Shown: positions 1-8,392 of the stretch, piece after piece | How the letters are laid out: each line of letters begins with the position of its first letter | Numbering within the stretch: the stretch's first letter is position 1 | Origin: Alkalispirochaeta sp. | GTDB lineage: Bacteria; Spirochaetota; Spirochaetia; DSM-27196; Alkalispirochaetaceae | DNA: 64,000 nt | Direction: 5' to 3' | NCBI GenBank assembly: GCA_965601925.1 | Contig: OZ271854.1 | Span: 160,001-224,000 of the forward strand | Translations under genes and position numbers: made by a program | Notes under the pieces: generated by a model | The model's database searches: none | The model's input: the letters and a program-made list of their open reading frames with translations, nothing else | Told to the model about the DNA's origin: nothing

Positions 1-66
1 GCCGTCCAGATCGATCGTCTGTCTGGTGTCCGCCGATACGCGTTGAAACGTTGGAATCTTTATCAC
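1..66 (-). CDS. Phage baseplate plug-like protein, N-terminal fragment (runs off window)
   Basis: Manual translation from GTG at 66, overlapping the upstream TAG: MIKIPTFQRVSADTRQTIDLDG. Position and the IP...Q..DLDG pattern fit the small baseplate protein that follows Dit-like genes. Confidence 0.6.
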   Translation of the reverse strand, partial: MIKIPTFQRVSADTRQTIDLDG

Positions 67-644
67 TACCGCGCCCCCGCTAAATTGCGATCGATCCGCT
101 CTTGCTGCGCCGGGGATATCGGTTCGGCGGTCGTCTGTCCCACATCGGCCGGGGGAGCGGCCTGACGGCTCACATCATCGCCCATACTCTCGACATCGAT
201 CGCAACGTCGAGGTTGGCCCGTTTGAGGCTCACCCGCCGTATCGCTTGAAAACTGACATTGAGGGAGATCGCCTCCCCGGTATCGGCGGATCGCTCTACG
301 CCGACCGACCGGATCGCCACGTCCTCGTACACCCGCATGACCGTCACGATGGTGACCAGCTCTCGACTGCGCCAGAGTCGTTCGATCTCGTTGAAAGCGT
401 CCTGGGCGCGATTGCTCGTAAGCGCGTCGGTCTTGAGCGAGAAGTTGGAGATGAGGGCGGTGAGCGACCCGGACAGGAGCTCGTTCTCGATGTGGTCGGC
501 GACGGCGCTCCCGTCCTCGACCGGATGGGAGGTAATACGATTGTTGAAGGTGTGCTCCTCCTTCAGTACCAGATCGAAGGAGAGCGATCCGATACGATAG
601 TTCCGATTTCCCTGGAAAAAGAGTACTGCCGGTAGTTCAGCCAT
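66..644 (-). CDS. Dit-like phage baseplate / tail-tube initiator protein
   Basis: 192 aa with the motif EEH...ITSHPVEDGSAVADH; directly downstream of the tape measure gene. Confidence 0.8.
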   Translation of the reverse strand: MAELPAVLFFQGNRNYRIGSLSFDLVLKEEHTFNNRITSHPVEDGSAVADHIENELLSGSLTALISNFSLKTDALTSNRAQDAFNEIERLWRSRELVTIVTVMRVYEDVAIRSVGVERSADTGEAISLNVSFQAIRRVSLKRANLDVAIDVESMGDDVSRQAAPPADVGQTTAEPISPAQQERIDRNLAGAR

Positions 645-646
645 TC

Positions 647-2038
647 CTAAAACTCCGCATCGATAAACAGCTGACGAAGCTCCGCAGCGAACCGTGAGCG
701 AACCTCGTCGCCCACGCGCTCGGCCACCGCCTCGCCGATCTCATCCGGTTCTCCCTCGACGCCGCTAACGTTCACCGAAATCGGCATGTCGATATGTACA
801 TCTCCCGCTGCGCCGCGTACGCTCGGAACCATACGATCCAATATCTCCTCGGAGGTCGTGCCGGAACCGGCCAAAAGGGCCGGATCGAACAGCTGTCCCA
901 CGGCCGGCAACGCCTCAGGGAGCGCCGGTGCCTCGCGAATCGCCGCACCGGTAACGCCGCGCCCCAGGGTGAGCTCCTCCTGCAATCGTAACTCGGTACG
1001 CCCTAAGAAGGCGGCAACGCGATCGACGAGCCGCCCGATAAAGCCGAACGCCTCACGCAGGGGTTGCAGGACCGGCTCGATAAAACGCGTGACATTCTCC
1101 ATGAGGGTCTGCACGAGGCCGCCCGCACGCTCTGCGATCACCCGAATGCCGAGCACGATCACCCGTGTCACCGCTTGGAACATCTCCGCCACTGCATACA
1201 CGATGCCGAAGACCCGCTCCAAATCGGGAATAAAGAGGGTTCGCAGCGCCTCCACGAGCTCTCCGACTATGGCTATCACACCACCCAGAATTGAGGCCGG
1301 CAGGCGCAGAAGCGCCACTGCGCGGCGAATGGGTGCGAGTATCGCCTCGAATAGCGTTCCGAGTCCCTGGACCAAGGGAGGAAGGACGTCGGTGAGCACG
1401 CGCACCGCGTCCTCCAGAATGTCGTTGATCCCGGAGCGCTCGATGAAGCGTATCTGCGCCACCTCCATACGCGATCCGAACTCGGCAACGGCACCTCCCA
1501 GGCCCTCGAAATCGACGCGTGTAGCGGCGGCCTCCTCGGCGACGGCCTGCAATCGCAGGGGCATCTCCGCGATGATCTCGTTGACGCTCAACCCCTCGTC
1601 GGCGAGGCTCACTTGGACCGCCGCGACCTCAGCGGTGGAAAGCACGCTCGTCTCGGCGGCCGAAAGCGTCGCCTCATTTAGCCGCTCCATCTCCTCCGCT
1701 GAGGCTCCCGTGGCGCGTCGGACGCTCTGCATCGCCTCCTCGAAACGTATGAAGGTCTCGGTCGCTGTGGCGATCCCTTGAATCGCCAGAACCGTCGCCT
1801 CTACCGCGAGAGCGACCGGCGAGATCGAAGCGGCGACGGAGTCGAGTCCCGGGACAATCTCCCCGAGCTGTTTGAGCGGCTCGGCAACCGCCTCGGTTTG
1901 AGCGCTGAATCTTTCATTGAACCCTCTCAATGAGGAGTCGACTGCGGACAGACCTCGGCCCACCTCGTTGGCGATGCCGTCCAGAGAGGACGCATCGAAC
2001 TGAACGCCGACCTTGTCCGCCAGCTCGCCAATCGTCAC
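647..2038 (-). CDS. Phage tail tape measure protein (short, 463 aa)
   Basis: Ala/Leu-rich helical protein with the TP901-like segment FEEAMQSVRRATGASAEEMERL; follows the chaperone gene; GTG start overlaps the upstream TGA. Confidence 0.85.
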   Translation of the reverse strand: MTIGELADKVGVQFDASSLDGIANEVGRGLSAVDSSLRGFNERFSAQTEAVAEPLKQLGEIVPGLDSVAASISPVALAVEATVLAIQGIATATETFIRFEEAMQSVRRATGASAEEMERLNEATLSAAETSVLSTAEVAAVQVSLADEGLSVNEIIAEMPLRLQAVAEEAAATRVDFEGLGGAVAEFGSRMEVAQIRFIERSGINDILEDAVRVLTDVLPPLVQGLGTLFEAILAPIRRAVALLRLPASILGGVIAIVGELVEALRTLFIPDLERVFGIVYAVAEMFQAVTRVIVLGIRVIAERAGGLVQTLMENVTRFIEPVLQPLREAFGFIGRLVDRVAAFLGRTELRLQEELTLGRGVTGAAIREAPALPEALPAVGQLFDPALLAGSGTTSEEILDRMVPSVRGAAGDVHIDMPISVNVSGVEGEPDEIGEAVAERVGDEVRSRFAAELRQLFIDAEF

Positions 2039-2340
2039 GTCGCGCCTCGCGCCTCGCGGTGCGTCGCTTCACGTCCCCGCTCGGCCGCCTCAATATCGTC
2101 TTGCATGTCCAACAGCGCGTTTACTCGCAAGATCTCCTCAAGACTCCACGTGTCGAGGTCGCGCAGGCTTAGCCTCATCTTCACCACGAGCCTCCAATAC
2201 GGCCACTCCGACTCTATGCGCCTCGAGACGTTGCCGACGTTGCCGAGCCGTTCGCTCCGTCGTCGCGACTCGTCTCGTCCGCGGCGGAGGTACGGATTGT
2301 GCTCGTTAGGTTGCCAATCCCGAGCTTCTCGGCGAGGGCG
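2035..2340 (-). CDS. Tail assembly chaperone frameshift extension (T-like -1 frame)
   Basis: The -1 frame is open from the slippery site to TGA at 2035-2037 and ends ...RIESEWPYWRLVVKMRLSLRDLDTWSLEEILRVNALLDMQDDIEAAERGREATHREARGAT. Not in the ORF track. Confidence 0.7.
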   Translation of the reverse strand, partial: RPRREARDWQPNEHNPYLRRGRDESRRRSERLGNVGNVSRRIESEWPYWRLVVKMRLSLRDLDTWSLEEILRVNALLDMQDDIEAAERGREATHREARGAT

Positions 2341-2717
2341 AAAGGGCTGAAGTGGTTCCTCTTCATGACCTCGAAGGCGAGCGTGTACAGATCGACGATC
2401 GGTACGCCCTGGAGCGCGCTATCGAAGGTATCGTCGTCGATCTGCTCCGGAGCCCGTCCGGGACGCGAGACCTGAACGCACCCGAACAACTCGGTCAACA
2501 CCGCAACAAACTGATCGGAGGACAACGACCGTAGCGCCCGGGAGATACCGTCGAAGAGTACGCCGGCATCCAGGTTTCTCCAATCGCTCACACTCCCGCC
2601 GAGCCCGCCGGCCGCACTCATTACAAGCTCCATGATGGTCTTGTCGAGGCGCAACGCAACCCTCGGCTTCAATCGATGTATCACGTAGGTATTACCGCCG
2701 ATCGTTACTTTGTCCAC
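2214..2717 (-). CDS. Phage tail assembly chaperone (G-like)
   Basis: 167 aa between tube and tape measure; upstream RBS GAGGAG; C-terminal LAFEVMKRNHFSPF pattern. Confidence 0.8.
   Translation of the reverse strand: MDKVTIGGNTYVIHRLKPRVALRLDKTIMELVMSAAGGLGGSVSDWRNLDAGVLFDGISRALRSLSSDQFVAVLTELFGCVQVSRPGRAPEQIDDDTFDSALQGVPIVDLYTLAFEVMKRNHFSPFALAEKLGIGNLTSTIRTSAADETSRDDGANGSATSATSRGA
2340..2346 (-). other. Putative programmed -1 ribosomal frameshift heptamer C CCT TTC
   Basis: X XXY YYZ heptamer in the correct phase of the chaperone ORF (AGC CCT TTC); the -1 frame stays open up to the tape measure start. Confidence 0.7.
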
Positions 2718-2744
2718 CGCACGCTCCTCTCTTCGCCGCCGATT

Positions 2745-3185
2745 CTAGAGAATGTTTCCACCACTCACCTTAACGCTGGCACCGGTGTCGAACCGCCACT
2801 GCCGACTGCTCATGGAGTCGCTGAACTCGTCGTCCGGATCCTTGCCGATCCACGATTGCGGCGCGGTAAAGAGCGACAGCCCGTTGAGATCCTTTATCAG
2901 CAACGGAAACTTTCCCGTATTGGTAAGACGATCCTGCTCGAGGATACCGGAGAGGGCGTCGTTGGTAATGCTTGTCTGTTTGAGCGTAAGAGTCACCGAG
3001 AAGTCTCCCGCGTTCAGATTCACCCGATCGATGCCGCCGTCGGCGCCGCGAACCTTCTCAAACAGGTCGCCGTTGCGGGCAATCTGCACAAAGGTGCCCG
3101 AGGCGTAGCCGGTCACGATCACCGGACCGAAGGTAACGACGATCTGTTTGGGGTCGTAGGTGCGAACTATCGGATCTGCTGGCAT
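2745..3185 (-). CDS. Phage tail tube protein (DUF3277-like)
   Basis: 146 aa with TYDPKQIVV, V.GADG, TLTLKQTS..N..L and C-terminal RQW.F patterns; follows the sheath; RBS AAGGAG. Confidence 0.85.
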   Translation of the reverse strand: MPADPIVRTYDPKQIVVTFGPVIVTGYASGTFVQIARNGDLFEKVRGADGGIDRVNLNAGDFSVTLTLKQTSITNDALSGILEQDRLTNTGKFPLLIKDLNGLSLFTAPQSWIGKDPDDEFSDSMSSRQWRFDTGASVKVSGGNIL

Positions 3186-3201
3186 TAATCTCTCCTTCTA
3201 C

Positions 3202-4530
3202 CTATACCGTTACGGTTCCGGCGATCTTGACTTTGTGAATCGCCCCTTGCAGGTCGGCCTCGAAGGTCACGTCCGGCAGGCTGCGATTGGCTTTGTCGGT
3301 CTGCGAAACGTCGGCAGCCCTGGGCACCGACACCGCGACGGACTCGCCGACGAGCAGTTGACGCCGCGCCGCCTCGTCGAGGACGCCGCGTACCAACCCT
3401 TCGATGAGCGCGATTCCCGCGTCGGTAAAAGGGATCTTGTCGTTATTGATCAGGGATCCGAAGACCTCTTCCTGGAGTCTCGACTCCAACCAGTCGATGC
3501 CGCGAATAATGTCTACATACTCGCCGGAGGCGACGGTGCCGAACTGGGTCACCGGCACCCCCGCTACCTCGGTGTAGGTGTTGGCACGCTTGTCGAGCAC
3601 CTCGGTGCGCTGGGTTGTGGTAAGCTCGTAGGCCGCGACCCCCGCGATCGTCTTGTGGGCCCACGTCGCCGAACCGGGATTCTTCGGAAGCATCACCCCG
3701 TTAATGCCCGCGGTGGGATACTGCGCAGCCTCGGGATGGTACCACACCGAGGCGCGATCGAGATTCTGCGTCGTAGCCCATGCGGCGATATCGTTGGTGT
3801 CGGAAGTCGGCGGGTAATAGTAGGTCACCGCGCCGGTAGGTTGGCTCGCCCCACCGGTGACGGCTGCCTCGACGGTCACCACAGGACCGGTGGTCGCGAC
3901 GATAATCGTTCTGTTGTTACCGTCCACCGGATCGACGATCGCGGCAAACCCGGCGTTACGAATGGCCGTCGCAACCGCACCGAGAGTCGTTGCCTGATCG
4001 GCGGCGAATGGTACCGGGTCGACAGCCGTTACGGTACCGTTTACCGTAAGGCTCACCGCAATCTCGTTACTCGCGACAAAGTCGGCGCTGAACACGATCC
4101 GGGCGATATCGACGGCATCAATGAAGCAGATCTTCTTCTGCGTCGAGGCCCAATTCGCGGCGCTTTGTTGGTGTTCCGGTGCGAGGCTATCGATCACGAA
4201 GGTGTACCAGTTGTCGGTGGCAAGTTGGATCGCGCTCAGTGCGTCGGCCCACGTCGCGTCCGTTGCATCCTTACGCCCGACCATGACACGCGTCGGTCTC
4301 GGATTTTGTGAGAACACCTTCTGCGCGATCTTGTACACGCCGTCTCCGGCGCCCCACCCGTCGTCCGCCATCTCCTGGATGCCCGAGTAATAGCGGTGTC
4401 GCGGAAAGGATACGACCGTCTTACCCGGATCAAACTCACCTACGACGGCGAAGACGCCGAAGGACGCGCGCGCGACCGCTTGCGTCTGCCTTGTAATGTC
4501 GACCTGCACGATCTCGTTGAGTGCGCTCAT
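3202..4530 (-). CDS. Contractile tail sheath protein (DUF3383 family)
   Basis: 442 aa; N-terminal IVQVDITRQT, PGSATWAHKTIAGV, GEYVDIIRGIDWL, KIPFTDAGI and C-terminal GAIHKVKIAGTV, typical of DUF3383 sheaths. Confidence 0.9.
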   Translation of the reverse strand: MSALNEIVQVDITRQTQAVARASFGVFAVVGEFDPGKTVVSFPRHRYYSGIQEMADDGWGAGDGVYKIAQKVFSQNPRPTRVMVGRKDATDATWADALSAIQLATDNWYTFVIDSLAPEHQQSAANWASTQKKICFIDAVDIARIVFSADFVASNEIAVSLTVNGTVTAVDPVPFAADQATTLGAVATAIRNAGFAAIVDPVDGNNRTIIVATTGPVVTVEAAVTGGASQPTGAVTYYYPPTSDTNDIAAWATTQNLDRASVWYHPEAAQYPTAGINGVMLPKNPGSATWAHKTIAGVAAYELTTTQRTEVLDKRANTYTEVAGVPVTQFGTVASGEYVDIIRGIDWLESRLQEEVFGSLINNDKIPFTDAGIALIEGLVRGVLDEAARRQLLVGESVAVSVPRAADVSQTDKANRSLPDVTFEADLQGAIHKVKIAGTVTV

Positions 4531-5054
4531 ATCGCCTTACCTCCTATAGTCCCCTGGTATTGGACCGTTTCGATGTAACCCGGCCGGTAGGTGGTGACAC
4601 TTACCAGTCCGATACGGATTTTCACTGAATGTCTGTAGCGCCACTGTCCGCCGATCTGTCCCGAAGTCTCCGCGATTTCCGACTCCTCGCCGCGGTACGC
4701 CAGATTGGCCGCGGCGAAGCGATCCCTGATATCCTGCCGGTCCTGACTCTCGATCAGACGCCGCAACCGGTCGCCAAAGCCGTTGACCTCCGCAAGACTC
4801 CAGGTATCTTCATAGTCGTTGACGATCGTCTGATTGCCGAGTGCATCGACCGCGCCGACTTGTCCTCTACCCATGCGGACACGGGCCGGACGTGCATCGA
4901 TTATCACGTAGGGCCCCGTGGGGTCCGGCACCGATGGAACGGCCCCCTCTTGAGAGACGACGATGGAAATGCTTTCGCCTCCATCGATGTTGAGGACGAA
5001 ATCGATCCAACCGTGGATCTCCTGTCGCACCTCTTCGACCGTCGTTGCGCCCAT
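4527..5054 (-). CDS. Phage neck/tail terminator-like protein
   Basis: About 175 aa immediately upstream of the sheath with ATGA overlap; P.P.GPY motif and C-terminal GYIETV pattern. Confidence 0.65.
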   Translation of the reverse strand: MGATTVEEVRQEIHGWIDFVLNIDGGESISIVVSQEGAVPSVPDPTGPYVIIDARPARVRMGRGQVGAVDALGNQTIVNDYEDTWSLAEVNGFGDRLRRLIESQDRQDIRDRFAAANLAYRGEESEIAETSGQIGGQWRYRHSVKIRIGLVSVTTYRPGYIETVQYQGTIGGKAI

Positions 5055-5084
5055 CAACTCGTTATCTCGTCACCTTCGCGTTCA

Positions 5085-5366
5085 TCACGACGTGCGCCGA
5101 GAGACGGTTCGCTTGCGACCCTTTTTTTGAGAGGTGGAGACGCTCCCGGAAGCACCCGGTCGCGAGCCTAACTCTTCGCCGTGCTCACGCTCCACCACGA
5201 TTACTCCGCGCCGCACCAGATCGCGTAGTCCCGTCCGGACGGCGCCCCAGTCGACGGCGGAAACCTCGTTGAGTCCCGGAAGCAGAGTGATATCCCGCAT
5301 GTGGACACCGTTATCGGCGACGACAGGGAATTTCTCTACGCTGTCTCGCGTCCACCGTATGATCAT
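5085..5366 (-). CDS. Small hypothetical phage-derived protein, first gene of the tail operon
   Basis: 93 aa; RBS GAGGA; LLPGLNEV...W motif; basic C-terminus. Confidence 0.6.
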   Translation of the reverse strand: MIIRWTRDSVEKFPVVADNGVHMRDITLLPGLNEVSAVDWGAVRTGLRDLVRRGVIVVEREHGEELGSRPGASGSVSTSQKKGRKRTVSRRTS

Positions 5367-5523
5367 ACGTCGTCCTCAGTTAAAATTGATTTATTTAAAG
5401 GCTATTTATTATATAATGCTAGCATAGTTATCTTACATAGTACTGCTGCATTATGGCAATAAAAATCTACCTATTCATTCCTGAGGAAAAGTATGCGGTA
5501 AGTGTGATATAGATAATCTTCGA
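5367..5523 (-). promoter_or_regulatory. AT-rich control region of the tail operon with a candidate sigma70 promoter
   Basis: Strongly AT-rich spacer in a GC-rich window. Minus strand: TTGCCA (5459-5454), 18 nt, TAAGAT (5435-5430); second TATAAT (5413-5408); palindrome ATGCTAGCAT (5416-5425). Confidence 0.55.
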
Positions 5524-6399
5524 TTACTCTAAAAACTTTGGCCAATCTTCCTTCAGCAAGCGCGAGAGCGCTCGGTCGGCAAGGAGCTTGCCGCCGGTCT
5601 GGCAGGTGGCACAGTAGTTCGTCTCGTTCTCGGCGTAGCGGATACGTTGCACCGCCGAACCGCATCGCGGGCACGGCCGGCCGTACTTGCCGTGCACGGC
5701 CAGTTCGTCACGGAAGGCGGTAACTTTATCGGGAAACCCGTCTCCAACCTCAGCGGCGATCGTCTCGTACATACGCGCCAATACGGCGCGTGTCGCCTCG
5801 AAGAGGCGCTCCATCTCGCCGTCGGTCATCTTGCCGGTCTGCAAAAAGGGCGACAATCGCGCCTCATGTAGGATCTCGTCGGAGCAGGTGTTACCGACGC
5901 CGCTGATGATGCGGGGGTCGGTGAGGGAACGTTTGATCGTATGATTCTCCCGTCGGAACGCGGCGGCGAACTGCGCTCCGTCCGCCTCGAACACCTCAAT
6001 CCCGCCGGGGTTGTGTCCGGCGAGCCCGTCCTCTCCTCTCACAAGGTGGATCGAGGCTCGGCGCTTGGAGCCCGCCTCGGTAAAATGGAGCGCATCCTCA
6101 CCGAAGGAGAAGACCGCCAACGTCCGCCGACGGTCGACCTTCTTACTCGCTTTGTGCATCCGGAGTCGTCCGGCGATCATGAGGTGCACGACCACCCACA
6201 CGTCCTCGGGAAAGCCGAGGGCGATGCGCTTGCCGATGCGTCGAACGGCGAGGAGCTCGCGTCCCGCTACCGCGTCAATCGGAGGATCGACGGTCCGCAA
6301 CACGAAGGGATTGACGATATTCAGCGATTCCATAACGCGCGTGCGGAAGAGCGCATCGAGGCGTTCCACGTAGACACGCACGTCCGGGTATTCGGGCAT
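5524..6399 (-). CDS. mutM: Fpg/Nei family DNA glycosylase / AP lyase
   Basis: N-terminal MPEYPDV, RRIGK, HLMIAG, H2TH SGVGN..SDEIL, C-terminal zinc finger CPRC...CATCQ. Confidence 0.88.
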   Translation of the reverse strand: MPEYPDVRVYVERLDALFRTRVMESLNIVNPFVLRTVDPPIDAVAGRELLAVRRIGKRIALGFPEDVWVVVHLMIAGRLRMHKASKKVDRRRTLAVFSFGEDALHFTEAGSKRRASIHLVRGEDGLAGHNPGGIEVFEADGAQFAAAFRRENHTIKRSLTDPRIISGVGNTCSDEILHEARLSPFLQTGKMTDGEMERLFEATRAVLARMYETIAAEVGDGFPDKVTAFRDELAVHGKYGRPCPRCGSAVQRIRYAENETNYCATCQTGGKLLADRALSRLLKEDWPKFLE

Positions 6400-6439
6400 G
6401 TGTTCAATGTAGCGGGCGGTCGCCGCGTCGGCTACTCGA

Positions 6440-8392
6440 TCAACTCCTCTTGCGCCCCACGCCCTGACGGTTGGTGAGGAGCTTCACCGAGCTGAGATCC
6501 TTGGTCGAGAGACGCACACCGGCGGCGCGCACTCCCTTTACCAGGTAGTCGTCGATGAGAAAATCCTCTTCGAGTTTCTGTATACGCGGCTTTTTTTTGT
6601 AACGAAGGCGCACGATAACGTTCGTGCGCGTAGTGAGCAACAGCGCCTTCGCCTCGTCGGGAACGAGTGCGTACTCTTTTTCAAGAATGTACTGCTCGAT
6701 GGTACACCGCTTGAGATAGGTCTCACCGGCGGCGTTGCGATACACTACCGAGAAGATACGTTCCGCGAGGGAATCTTTGTCGGCGAGTCCGGCGTACAGC
6801 ATTCCCGTGCCGACAAAGAGCTTCTCGGGCGCGGAGATGACGCGGTACTTCGCCGTGCCGTCGATCACGAGAACGCGGTCGTACTGAGAGACCGCCTCGA
6901 TTTCGCGCAGTGTTCCTTCGCCGGCGGTACCGCGCAGCTGCGTACCGAGATAGCCTTCGCCGGCGTCGTAGGAGAGCATCAGGTCGCGAACCGCCGCCTC
7001 GCGCACGTCGACCTTTTCGAATCCGGTGATCTGCGTTCGCCGGGGGAAGCGCGCACCGTGCTTCTCCAAGACGCCGTCGAGGAATCCCAGAGCGTACGTC
7101 GTAAGGTCGGCAAGATGCACGGTGATCTCGTCCAGTCGAGCGCGAATCGCATCGACCTCTTCGCGGTTCTTTTCGATGTCGTAGAGCGATATACGACGAA
7201 TGGGAATCTTGAGCAGCCGCTCGATGTCCTCAGTGGTGATTGCTCGGATGAGCTCCTTCTTAAACGGCTCGAATCCGGTACGCACCGCCGAGACGACTCC
7301 GTCGTGTGTACGCTCCTCCTCGATGCGTTTGTAGATTCGCTCCTCCACGAAGATCCGTTCCAGGGTCCGCATGTGAAGGCGATCCATCAAATCGGCGCGC
7401 TCGTGTTTCAGCTCTTGTTCCAGGAGCGTCACCAACCGTTCGGCGTGGTGCGCGATTACCTCCGAGACGGTCATCTGCCGCGGCTTGTCCTCGGCGATGA
7501 CCAACAGGTTCACCGAAATCGATTGCTCACAATCGGTGAAGGCAAACAGACCGTCCACGACATCCTGAGTGTAGACGCCTCGGGGAAGGCGAATTTCGAT
7601 CTCGACCTTCTCGGTCGTGTAGTCGTTGATTTGGGCGATCTTGATCTTACCGCGCCGCGCCGCGCTCTCGATTGAGTTGGTAAGGCTCTCGGTGGTGGTG
7701 CCGTGGGGGAGCTCGCGGATCACGATCCGTTTGTCGTCGGTCGTGTCGAGCTTTGCGCGTACCAGCACCTTCCCCTGCCCGTCGGCGTACTCCGAGACGT
7801 CCATGAGCCCCCCGGTCGGCACGTCGGGAAAAAGTTCCACCGATTCGCCTCGCAACCGCGCCTGGACCGCCTCGATCACCTCGCGAAAATTGTGCGGCAG
7901 AATGCGCGTCGACATACCGACGGCTATTCCTTCGGCGCCCAGAATGAGCCCCAGGGGAATCTTAGCCGGAAAGACGACCGGCTCCCGGTTACGTCCGTCG
8001 TAGCTGTCGACGTACTCGGTAAGCTCGCTTTTCCACAGGATCTCCCGGGCGATCGGATTAATCCGACACTCGATATATCGCGGCGCAGAAGCGGCGTCGC
8101 CGGTATAAATGTTGCCGAAGTTACCCTGCTGATCGATGAAGATCTCTTTCTGTGCCAAGACGACCAGAGCGTCGGTGATCGATGCGTCGCCGTGGGGGTG
8201 GTACTTCATGCAGTGGCCGACGACGTTGGCCACCTTGTGAAACTTGCCGTCGTCTATCTCCAAGAGGGAGTGGAGGATACGTCGTTGTACCGGTTTCAGG
8301 CCGTCGTCGAGATGCGGGATCGCGCGATCCTTAATGACGTAGCTCGCGTACTCGAGAAAATTGCGGTTGAAGAGCGTGTTGACGTATGCCAT
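6440..8392 (-). CDS. parC: DNA topoisomerase IV subunit A
   Basis: DGLKPVQRRIL, YHPHGDAS, APRYIE (catalytic Tyr), GIAVGM; 650 aa short spirochaete-type. Confidence 0.9.
   Translation of the reverse strand: MAYVNTLFNRNFLEYASYVIKDRAIPHLDDGLKPVQRRILHSLLEIDDGKFHKVANVVGHCMKYHPHGDASITDALVVLAQKEIFIDQQGNFGNIYTGDAASAPRYIECRINPIAREILWKSELTEYVDSYDGRNREPVVFPAKIPLGLILGAEGIAVGMSTRILPHNFREVIEAVQARLRGESVELFPDVPTGGLMDVSEYADGQGKVLVRAKLDTTDDKRIVIRELPHGTTTESLTNSIESAARRGKIKIAQINDYTTEKVEIEIRLPRGVYTQDVVDGLFAFTDCEQSISVNLLVIAEDKPRQMTVSEVIAHHAERLVTLLEQELKHERADLMDRLHMRTLERIFVEERIYKRIEEERTHDGVVSAVRTGFEPFKKELIRAITTEDIERLLKIPIRRISLYDIEKNREEVDAIRARLDEITVHLADLTTYALGFLDGVLEKHGARFPRRTQITGFEKVDVREAAVRDLMLSYDAGEGYLGTQLRGTAGEGTLREIEAVSQYDRVLVIDGTAKYRVISAPEKLFVGTGMLYAGLADKDSLAERIFSVVYRNAAGETYLKRCTIEQYILEKEYALVPDEAKALLLTTRTNVIVRLRYKKKPRIQKLEEDFLIDDYLVKGVRAAGVRLSTKDLSSVKLLTNRQGVGRKRS

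Larger units (their letters stand above)
1..5366 (-). mobile_element. Phage-derived contractile tail gene cluster without head genes (candidate tailocin); truncated by the left window edge
   Basis: Contiguous co-oriented ORFs, several with overlapping start/stop codons, in myophage tail order: terminator, sheath, tube, chaperone, tape measure, Dit-like, plug. Upstream is an AT-rich spacer and then housekeeping mutM. Confidence 0.85.

Noticed and set aside
786..4311. Long plus-strand ORFs 786-1781 and 3160-4311
   Set aside because: Antisense shadows of the tape measure and sheath genes, typical of high-GC DNA; no motifs
1..5366. Calling the cluster a complete prophage, T6SS or Afp/PVC-type eCIS
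   Set aside because: No head, packaging, integrase or att features at this end; no TssJLM/ClpV or eCIS ATPase in view; the sheath and tube are DUF3383/DUF3277 phage type. A rearranged prophage cannot be fully excluded because the left part is off-window.
5367..5523. SOS (LexA) box upstream of the tail operon
   Set aside because: No match recognised to CTGT-N8-ACAG or GAAC-N4-GTTC; the motif for this lineage is unknown to me
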